Shown here: positions 28,373 to 38,400 of the stretch, one piece after another
How positions within the stretch are numbered: the stretch's first letter is position 1
Layout of the letters: each line of letters begins with the position of its first letter
Origin: Heterodontus francisci
Lineage: Eukaryota
DNA length: 64,000 bases
Direction: 5' to 3'
Assembly: GCF_036365525.1 (NCBI RefSeq)
Contig: NC_090413.1
Span: forward strand, 7,130,001-7,194,000
The notes under the pieces: generated by a model
Told to the model about the DNA's origin: nothing
Databases searched by the model: none
Seen by the model: only the letters and a program-made list of their open reading frames with translations
Program-made: the position numbers and the translations under genes

Positions 28373-30997
28373 TTATATTGATCCCATGTGAGTGTACATT
28401 GGCCTTGTGTGAGTGTGTGTATTGATCCTATTTTGGTATATTGATCCCATTTGTGTGTGAATATTGATGCTGTATGAGTACATTGTTCCTGTGTGTGTAT
28501 ATTGATCCTGTATGCGTACATTGTTCCTGTGTGTGTGTATAACTCCTGTGTGTGTATATATTGATCCGGTGTGTGTATATTGATCCTTTGTTTGTATATA
28601 TTGATCCTGTGTGTGTATATTGACCCTGTATGTGTACATTGTACCTGTGTGTGTATATTGATCCTGTGTGTACATTGTTCCTGTGTGTGCATATTGATCC
28701 TGTGTGTATATATATCGATCCTGTATGTGTACATTGTTCCTGTGTGTATTGATCCTGTGTATATGCATATTGACCTGTGTGCGTGTATTGATCCAGTGTG
28801 TGTGTATTGATCCAGTGTGTGTGTGTATTGATCCAGTGTGTGTGTGTGTGTATGGATCCAGTGTGTGTATATTGATCCTGTGCGTGTGTATATTGATCCT
28901 GTGCATGTGTAGATTGATCCTGTGTGTGTATATCGATTGTGTGTGTGTGTACATTAATCCTGTGTGTGTACATATTGATTCAGTGTGTGTGTATATTGAT
29001 CCAGTTTGTGTGTGTATTGATCCAGTGTGTGTGTATATTGATCCTGTGTGTGCATATATTGATCCTCTCTGTGCATATTGATCTTGTGTGTGAGTATATT
29101 GATCCTGTGTCTGTGTATATTGATCCTGTATGTGTGCATATTGATCCAGTGTGTGTGTATTGATCCTGTGTGTGTGTGTGTTAATTGATCCTGTGTGTGT
29201 GCATATTGATCAAGTGTGTACATTGATCCTGTGTGTGTATATTTATCCTGTGTGTATATTGATATGTGTACATTGATCCCATTTGTGTGTATATTGATCC
29301 TGTGTGTGTGTATATATTGATCCTGTGTATGCACATTGATCTTGTGTGTGTATATTGATCCTGTGTGTGTACATTGATCCTGTGTGTGTATATTGATCCT
29401 GTGTGTGTGTGTATTGATCCTGTGTGCGCATATTGATCCAGTGTATGTGTGTATTGATCCAGTGTGTGTGTGTGTGTGTGTGTGTATTGGTCCAGTGTGT
29501 GTGTGTGTATTGATCCAGTGTGTGTATATTGATCCTGTGCGTGTGTATATTGATCCTGTGTGTATGTAGATTGATCCTGTGTGTGTATATTGATCCTGTG
29601 TGTGTATATTGATTGTGTGTGTGTGTACATTAATCCTGTGTGTGTATATTGATTCTGTGTGTGCATATTGATCTTGTGTGTGAGTATATTGATCCTGTGT
29701 TTGTGTATATTGATCCTGTATGTGTGCATATTGATCCAGTGTGTGTATTGATCCTGTGTGTGCGTGTGTGTGTGTGTATTGATCCTGTGTGTACATTGAT
29801 CCTGTGTGTGTATATTGATCCTGTGTGTATATTGATATGTGTATATTGATCCTGTGTGTGTATAATGATCCTGTGTGTGTGCATATATTGATCCTGTGTG
29901 TGCATATTGATCTTGTGTGTGTATATTGATCCTGTGTGTGTACATTGATCCTGCATGTGTATATCGATCCTGTGTGTGTACATTGATCCTGTGTATGTAT
30001 ATTGATCCTGTGTGTGTATATTGGTCCTGTGTGTGCATATTGATCTTGTGTGTGAGTATATTGATCCTGTGTGTGTATTTTGATCCTGTGTGTGTATATT
30101 GATCCTGTGTGTATATTGATCCTATGTGTGTGTATATTGATCTTGTGTCTGTGTATATTGATCCTGTATGTGTGCATATTGATTCAGTGTGTGTGTATAT
30201 TGATCCAGTGTGTGTGTATATTGATCCAGTGTGAATGGGTATTGATCCTGTGTGTGTATATTGATCCTGTGTGTGCATATTGATCTTGTGTGTGAGTATA
30301 TTGATCTTGCGTGTGCATATTGATCCTGTGTGTGTATTTTGATCCTGTGTGTGTATATTGATCCTGTGTGTGTATATTGATCCTGTGTGTGTATATTGAT
30401 CCTGTGTGTGTGTATATTGATCTTGTGTCTGTGTATATTGATCCAGTGTGTGTGTATATTGATCCTGTGTGTATGGGTATTGATCCTGTGTGTGTATTTT
30501 GATCCTGTGTGTGTATATTGATCCTGTGTGTGTGTATATTGATCTTGTGTCTGTGTATATTGATCCTGTATGTGTGCATATTGATTCAGTGTGTGTGTAT
30601 ATTGATCCAGTGTGTATGGGTATTGATCCTGTGTGTGTATATTGATCCTGTGTGTGCATATTGATCTTGTGTGTGAGTATATTGATCTTGTGTGTGCATA
30701 TTGATCCTGTGTGTGTATTTTGATCCTGTGTGTGTATATTGATCCTGTGTGTGTGTATATTGATCTTGTGTCTGTGTATATATTGATCTTGTGTCTGTGT
30801 ATATTGATCCTGTATGTGTGCATATTGATTCAGTGTGTGTGTATATTGATCCAGTGTGTGTGAATATTGATCCTGTGTGTGTGTATATATTGATCTTGTG
30901 TCTGTGTATATTGATCCTGTATGTGTGCATATTGATTCAGTGTGTGTGTATATTGATCCTGTATGTATGGGTATTGATCCTGTGTGTGTATTGATCC

Positions 30998-31028
<31 letters not shown>

Positions 31029-31035
31029 TGATCCT
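28372..31035. repeat. Intronic compound minisatellite TATATTGATCC(TG)n, unit ~17-25 bp
   Basis: Recurrent ATTGATCC core separated by variable TG tracts. Degenerate copies also occur at ~25660-25770. Confidence 0.97.
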
Positions 31036-31085
31036 GACCCTGTAGTGAGTCTAATGGTACTGATGTGTCACTATCAGTTCCCTAC

Positions 31086-31223
31086 CTGCAACGTGCAGCC
31101 GAAGACACCAATCATCAACATGGCCGCACAGATATACTCTGTAAACACGTCCCACCAGGGCTTCAGCAGCCGGAATGCTGGCTGTTGGTCTGTGAACTGT
31201 TTCAACTCTGTCAGTGGGATCAT
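31086..31223 (-). CDS. LRRC8E: LRRC8E-like first coding exon (46 codons)
   Basis: [46 protein letters not shown]. Acceptor ttctgtgcAG|GG ATG ATG (exon starts 31228, extra in-frame ATG at 31226). Donor CAG|GTAGG at 31086/31085. Phase-0 join to 25597, the same TLQ|V intron position as in mammalian LRRC8C/E. Confidence 0.93.
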
Positions 31224-31599
31224 CATCCCTGCACAGAAAGGGAAATAAATTGTCATCAGACACCAATGCTCACAGCTCGTAAGATCTGGGCTCTTCCTGT
31301 GCTTTACTGGCCCCATTGAGCAGCATGCCCGACACAAGATCTGGACTCTGAGACCAAGCAACAAAAGAAGTTAGAAGGTGATACCTGAGGGTTGGGAATC
31401 AGAGTCTCTGCTCCGATATCAGGGGCACAGGGCTCACAATGCATGTGTTTCCAAGAATTGGTCTGTGTGCCTAGTGGAGAGAAGCATCATTGCCTGCGTT
31501 ACGGAGCGTCCCAAGTAGACTGAGGTGGCACTGGAGCTGCCCTTAACCCTGGCACCCTGGACTAATTAATCAAGCATTGCTCTCCTCCCTGAGTGTTTC

Positions 31600-32178
31600 A
31601 GAATCACATAATTGTTACAGTGCAGAAGGAGGCCATTCGGCCCATCATGTCTGCACCAGCTCTCTGAATGAACAATTCACTCAGTTTCATTCCCCTGCCT
31701 TCTCCCCATAACCCTGCACATTCTTCCTTTTCATATAACTGTCTAATTCCATTTTGAATGCTTCAATTGAACCTGCCTCCACCACACACCCGGGCAGCAC
31801 ATTCCAGACCTTAACCACTCGCTGCATGAAAATGTTTTCCCTCATGTCCCCATTGTTTCTTTTACCCATTACTTTAAATCTGTGCCCTCTCGTTCTCAAT
31901 CCTTTCAAAAGTGGGAACAGTTTCTCTCTATCTACTCTGTCCAGATCCCTCATGATTTTGAATACCTCTATCAAATCACCTCTCAGCCTTCTTTTCTCTC
32001 CAGAAAATTGTCCTAATTCTCCAAACTATCTTCATAACTGAAATTCCTCATCCTAGGAACCATTCTCGTGAATCTTTTCTGTACACTCTCCAATGCCCTC
32101 ACGTCCTTTCTAAAGTGTGACACCCAGAACTGGACACAAAAGTCCAGCTGAGTTGTGTCTTACAGAAATTCTCTTGTA
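31600..32178 (-). mobile_element. CR1 LINE 3' fragment C (same subfamily as A); remnant resumes at ~33182-33215
   Basis: ORF 31687-31974 is the CR1 C-terminus. The 3' UTR is ~90% identical by eye to the reverse complement of the end of A. INRGIEYKSKE coding resumes after the Penelope insert. Confidence 0.9.
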
Positions 32179-33187
32179 TAATAATAAAAGCAAAATACTG
32201 CGGATGCTGGAAATCTGAAAGAAAAACAAGAAATGCTGGAATCACTCAGCAGGTCTGGCAGCATCTGTGGAAAGAGAAGCAGAGTTAACGTTTCATCAGA
32301 ACTGGAAAATATTAGAAATGTAATAGGTTTTAAGCAAATAAAGTGGGGGTGGGGCAAGAGATAACAAAAGAGAAGGCGTAGATAGGACAAGATCACAGAG
32401 AATAACTGACCAGAAGGTCATGGAGCAAAGACAAACGGTATGTTAATGGTGTGCTGAATGACAAAGTATCAGTACAGAGAGGGTGTCAATTGACAGAAAA
32501 ATGAACAACCCTGGCCCCAAGCACAAACATGAAAAAAACAGTGGGTAGGCACAGTAGAAACAAACTAAAATAAAATAAACGAAGAAAAATGAAAAAAGAA
32601 AAAAAGAAAAAATAACTAAAAATAGAAATAAAATGGGGGGCCTGTCATGCTCTGAAATTATTGAACTCAATGTTCAGTCCGGCAGGCTGTAGCGTGCCTA
32701 ATCGGTAAATGAGATGCTGTTCCTCGAGCTTGTGTTGATGTTCACTGGAACACTGCAGCAATCCCAGGACAGAGATGTGAGCATGAGAGCAGGGGGGAGT
32801 GTTGAAATGGCAAGAAACCGGAAGCTCAGGGTCCTGCTTGCAGACTGAGTGGAGGTGTTCCGCAAAGCGGTCACCCAGTCTGCGTTTGGTCTCCCCAGTG
32901 TAGAGGAGACCACATTGTGAGCAGCGAATACAGTATACTACATTGAAAGAAGTACAAGTAAATCACTGCTTCACCTGAAACAGTGATTTGGAGCCTTGGA
33001 TAGTGAGGAGAGAGGAGGTAAAAGGTCAGGTATTACATCTCCTATGATTGCAGGGGAAGATGCCGTGGGAAGGGGACGAAGTGGTGGGGGTAATGGAGGA
33101 GTGGACGAGGGTGTCGTGGAGGGAACGATCCCTTCAGAATGCTGACAGGGGAAGGGCAGGGAAGATGCGCTTGTTAGTGGCTCCTTG
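32179..33187 (-). mobile_element. Penelope-like retroelement fragment (GIY-YIG endonuclease + pLTR region)
   Basis: The minus strand at ~32940-32650 reads VYCIRCSQCGLLYTGETKR..., a GIY-YIG motif. The terminal block AAAGCAAAATACTGCGGATGCTGGAAATCTGAAA...CTCAGCAGGTCTGGCAGCATCTGTGG resembles shark Penelope pLTRs. CTCTTGTA occurs at both flanks (32171, 33188). Confidence 0.85.
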
Positions 33188-33679
33188 CTCTTGTACTCTA
33201 TGCCCCTATTGATAATAATAATATTAATAAGTTTCTTCAGACTCCATATGACTCTAGGCCAATAGCCTGGCACTGGAAGCTCAGAACTAAGCCAGCTCTC
33301 TGGAGCAGGCTGGACTGTCCCATAGTTGAGACAGGCAGCCCTGCATTATCCTGGAGCCCTGTGGATCAACAGGTGACCTGGATCAGTAATGGGCCCTGGG
33401 AGCAGTAGGCCTGTGATAGTGAGGTTTGGGATTCCTCCTACTCAGTATATGTGACTCTTTAACCAACACGCCTGTTCAGCTTCAGCAGGAACAGCAGCCC
33501 TAGGTAAGCTGGGCGGTGTTAACTGGTAATTTGGGGGCCTGAATGGTTTAACTCAGCCAACCTGCACCAAACTATCTGGACTCAGGAAAGAGACTACAAT
33601 CCTGCTGGGAATGAGAGAGATCTGCATATCAGACAAACAGGTGTCTGACAGGTGAGTGCAGATTCTTCAAACAGTCACA

Positions 33680-34815
33680 GTCTCCTTCAGCTGAACATTA
33701 GAAAGACCAAAGCCATTGTCTTTGGCACCTGCCATAAACTCTGCTGCCTTGTCACAGATTCAATCCTCCACCCCAGCCTCTGACTCAGGCTGAAAATTAT
33801 CCTTTCACCCTCAACTCAGCATCAAGCTCCATGTCCTACCCGACACCGTCTGCCTCCTATCGTCCCCCCCCCGCAACAATCTTTGTTCCCAGCCTGACTG
33901 CAGTCACTTCATCATCTTCAACCTCAAACATTTCAATGCCTGGCCTGCCTTCCATCCACCGACTCCCCCCCCCCCGCCCCCCCAACCCCCTCTCTAACTT
34001 GTCCAATGCTCTGTTTGCCTGTATCCTATTGCACACTGTGCTGCTGCTATATCATCCCTTTCCTCACCAGTCCCCAACGCAAAGATTGTCAAATCCTCAT
34101 TCCCCTCCTCACCGTCCGCCATGGCGTTGCCCCCTCCCTTCTCTGTAACCCTCTAACCCATCATCATGCTTCTGACTCTGCCCTCTTGTGCCCACTTCTA
34201 CCACCCCACCCTTCACCACCTCAGCCCTCCTGTCTGGAACCTCCATCTGTAAACCTTTTCTTTTAGGTGTGAACTGTAACTCGGTGGGCAGTGCTCTCAC
34301 CACTGAGTCAAGCGTTCGTGGCTTCACCACCCCCCCAACCCCACCACTCCAGGGACTCAAGCACATAATCCAGGCCGACACTCCCAGTGCAGTACTGAGG
34401 GAGTGCTGTCTTTCAGATCACACGTTAAACTGAGGCCCTGTCTGCTCTTTCAGGTGGGCGTAAGAGATTGCATTATTTTAAGAAGAGCAAGGGAGTTCTC
34501 CCAGTGACCAGCTAATATCAAACTCTCAACTAATATCACTTAAAGAACAGATTATCTGCTCATTACCACATTATGGGATCTTGCTGTGCGGCATTTGTTG
34601 CTCTGTGACTATGCTTCAAAAGTACATCATTGTCTGTAGAGAGCTTTGGTATGTCCTCAGGTGTTGCAAAGGAGTACATAAATCTTTCAGTCACCCTTCC
34701 TAATTACCCTTTCCGCGGCTTTGTGTCTTACATAGTCCTATTTTTTTCTCCTCTCTATGAAGCCCCTGGGGCATTTTCTACATAAATGCTGCTACATTAA
34801 CACATTGTTGTTCTT
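33680..34815 (+). mobile_element. Old L2 LINE 3' portion, interrupted by a SINE
   Basis: LLQLNIRKTKAIVFG matches the L2 LQLNxxKTEAIVFG motif. Degenerate L2-type tail at ~34755-34815. Confidence 0.65.
34266..34688 (+). mobile_element. Deu-domain SINE (SacSINE1/AmnSINE1-related)
   Basis: tRNA-like head, then CAGTGCAGTACTGAGGGAGTGCTG...CGTTAAACTGAGGCCCTGTCTGC...GAAGAGCAAGGGAGTTCTCCC...CAGATTATCTG...CTTCAAAAGTAC, collinear with the Deu-SINE consensus as recalled. Confidence 0.85.
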
Positions 34816-35409
34816 TGAAGCCTTATTGTAACCCTTACACACGAACACCCCACCTCTGACCAGTCATTCAAGCAGCCGATTTGCCTTTTGATCCATATTG
34901 CCTCCATGACTTTGAAAGTGACAAGTCCAGTGTCGCTTCAGGTTGATTTCCAAGTTTCCCTATACTAATCCAATTACCTTCCTTATATTCCTGTGCATTA
35001 ACCGGAGTGGGGGGTGGTGGGGGGCTGGAGTGAGACTGCAGCACATCCACTGGAGGTGGGATGGAATTACAGTGTGACAAGTTCACATAGGATTTCCATT
35101 CAAAGTGAGGACAAGGAAATTTACAGTGGCAAAAGTTGACAAGAAGTGACTGCAGACTGAAGATTCTTAATATAACATTGGTGGATGGGTTTAAAGTAAT
35201 ACTGGATAAAATCAGTGCTGTAAACTGTCTCCAATAAACACCAACCTCACAGGGCTTAATATAGAGCCTCACAGAATTCCCCAGAATTTCAAGTACTATT
35301 CACTTCAAATCTTATTTCAACCAGATTTGTTTGTTCTCCCAGGATTGAGGTCACTGCGCGCTGAGTGAGTGCCAGCGTTCACCAGTAACACTCCATGTGA
35401 TGGGGAGCA

Positions 35410-38400
35410 TTGAGCTACTCCCAGTCCCATCAGCCGGAAGCTCACTCTCCCTGTCCCATCGGCTCGGAGACACTCTCCCAGTCCCATCGGCTAGGAGACA
35501 CTCTACAAGTCCCATCGGCTAGGAGACACTCTCCCAGTCCCATCGGCTCGAAGACAATCTCCCAGTCCCATCGGCTCGAAGACACTCACCCAGTCCCATC
35601 GGCATGAGACACTCTCCCAGTCCCATCGGCTCGGAGACACTCTCCCAGTCCCATCGGCTCGGAGACAATCTCACAGTCCCATCGGCTAGGAGAAACTGAC
35701 ACAATCCCGTCGGCTAGGAGACACTCTCCCAGTCCCATCGGCTCGGAGACAATCTCACAGTCCCATCGGCTAGGAGAAACTGACACAATCCCGTCGGCTA
35801 GGAGACACTCTCCCAGTCCCATCGGCTCGGAGACACTCTCCCAGTCCCATCGGCTCAAAGACACTCTTCCAGTTCCATCGGCTAGGAGACAGTCTCCCAG
35901 TCCCATCGTCTAGGAGACAGTCTCCCAGTCCCATCGGCTCAAAGACACTCTTCCAGTCCCATCGGCTAGGAGACAGTCTCCCAGTCCCATCGGCTCAAAG
36001 ACACTCTCCCACTCCCATCGGCTCGGAGACACTCTCCCAGTCCCATCGGCTAGCAGACACTCTCCCAGTCCCATCGGCTAGGAGACACTCTCCCAGTCCC
36101 ATTGGCTCGAAGCCACCCTCCCAGTCCCATTGGCTCGAAGACACTCTCCCAGTCCCATCGGCTCGGAGACACTCTCCCAGTCCCATCGGCTCAGAGACAT
36201 TCTCCCAGTCCCATCGGCTCAGAGACACTCTCATAGTCCCATCGGCTATGATACACTCTCCCAGTCCCAACGGCTAGGAGACACTCCCCCATTCCCATCG
36301 GCTCAGAGACACTCTCCCATTATCATCGGCTCGGAGACAGTCTCCCAGGCCCATGGGCTCGAACACACTCTCCCAATCCCATCGGCTAGGAGACACTCTC
36401 CCAGTCCCATCGGCTAGGAGACACTCTCCCAGTCCCATCGGCTAGGAGACTCTCTCCGAATCCCATCGGCTCGGAGACACTCTCCCAGGCCCATCGGCTC
36501 AATGACACTCTCCCAGTCCCATCGGCTCGGAGACACTCTCCCAGGCCCATCGGCTAGGAGACACTCTCCCAGTCCCATCGGCTAGGAGACAATCTCACAG
36601 TCCCATCTGCTCGAAGACACTCTCCCAGTCACATCGGCTCGAAGACACTCTCCCGGGCCCATCGGCTCAATGACACTCTCCCAGTCCCATCGGCTCGAAG
36701 AGACTCTCCCAGTCCCATCGGCTCGAAGACACTCTCCCAGGCCCATCGGCTCAATGACACTCTCCCAGTCCCATCTGCTCGAAGACAATCTCCCAGTCCC
36801 ATCGGCTCGAAGACACTCTCCCAGTCCCATCGGCTCGAAGAGACTCTCCCAGTCCCATCGGCTCGAAGACACTCTCCCAGGCCCATCGGCTCAATGACAC
36901 TCTCCCAGTCCCATCGGCTCGACGACAATCTCCCAGTCCCATCGGCTCGAAGACACTCTCCCAGTCCCATCTGCTCGAAGACACTCTCCCAGTCCCATCG
37001 GCTCGAAAACACTCTCCCAGTCCCATCGGCTCGAAGACAATCTCCCAGTCCCATCGGCTCGAAGACACTCTCCCAGTCCCATCGGCTCGAAGAGACTCTC
37101 CCAGTCCCATCGGCTCGAAGAGACTCTCCCAGTCCCATCGGCTCGAAGAGACTCTCCCAGTCCCATCGGCTCGAAGACACTCTCCCAGTCCCATCGGCTC
37201 GAAGAGACTCTCCCAGTCACATCGGCTCGAAGACAATCTCCCAGTCCCATCGGCTCGAAGACAATCTCCCAGTCCCATCGGCTCGAAGAGACTCTCCCAG
37301 TCCCATCGGCTCGAAGACACTCTCCCAGTCCCATCGGCTCGAAGACACTCTCCCAGTCCCATCAGCTCGAAGACAATTTCCCAGTCCCATCGGCAAGGAG
37401 ACACTTTCCCAGTCCCATCGGCTTCAAGACACTCTCCCAGTCCCATCGGCTCGAAGAGACTCTCCTCGTCCCATCGGCTCGAAGACAATTTCCCAGTCCC
37501 ATCGGCTGGGAGACACTCCCCCGGTCCCATCAGCTAGGAGACACTCTCCCGGTCCCATCGGCTGGGAGACACTCCCCCGGTCCCATCAGCTAGGAGACAC
37601 TCTCCCGGTCCCATCGGCTTGGAGACACTCTCCCAGTCCCATCAGCTAGGAGACACTCTCCCGGACCCATCGGCTCGAAGACACTCTCCCAGTCCCATCG
37701 ACTCGAAGACAATCTCCCAGTCCCATCGGCTCGAAGAGACTCTCCCAGTCCCATCGGCTCGAAGACACTCTCCCAGTCCCATCGGCTCGAAGACACTCTC
37801 CCAGTCCCATCGGCTCGAAGACACTCTCCCAGTCCCATCGGCTCGAAGACACTCTCCCAGTCCCATCGGCTCGAAGACACTCTCCCAGTCCCATCAGCTC
37901 GAAGACAATTTCCCAGTCCTATCGGCAAGGAGACACTCTCCCAGTCCCATCGGCTCGAAGAGACTCTCCCAGTCCCATCGGCTCGAAGACAATTTCCCAG
38001 TCCCATTGGCTGGGAGACACTCCCCCGGTCCCATCAGCTAGGAGACACTCTCCCGGTCCCATCGGCTTGGAGACACTCTCCCGGTCCCATCGGCTTGGAG
38101 ACACTCTCCCGGTCCCATCGGCTTGGAGACACTCTCCCGGTCCCATCGGCTCGAAGACACTCTCCCATTCTCTTTGGCTCGAAGACACTCTCCCAGTCCC
38201 ATCGTCTAGGAGACAGTCTCCCAGTCCCATCGGCTCAAAGACACTCTTCCAGTCCCATCGGCTAGGAGACAGTCTCCCAGTCCCATCGGCTCAAAGACAC
38301 TCTCCCAGTCCCATCGGCTCGGAGACACTCTCCCAGTCCCATCGGCTAGCAGACACTCTCCCAGTCCCATCGGCTAGGAGACACTCTCCCAGTCCCATTG

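Noticed and set aside
28216-31035. His/Thr-rich and Cys/Val-rich ORFs
   Set aside because: Translations of the (TG)n-containing intronic repeat.
31229-31364. N-terminal extension of ORF 31074-31364
   Set aside because: It lies upstream of a clear polypyrimidine-AG acceptor and has no LRRC8 similarity, so it is intronic.
35326-35370. Plus-strand acceptor/donor pair defining a 22-nt microexon (35343-35364)
   Set aside because: No partner exons or plus-strand gene are visible; such motifs arise by chance.
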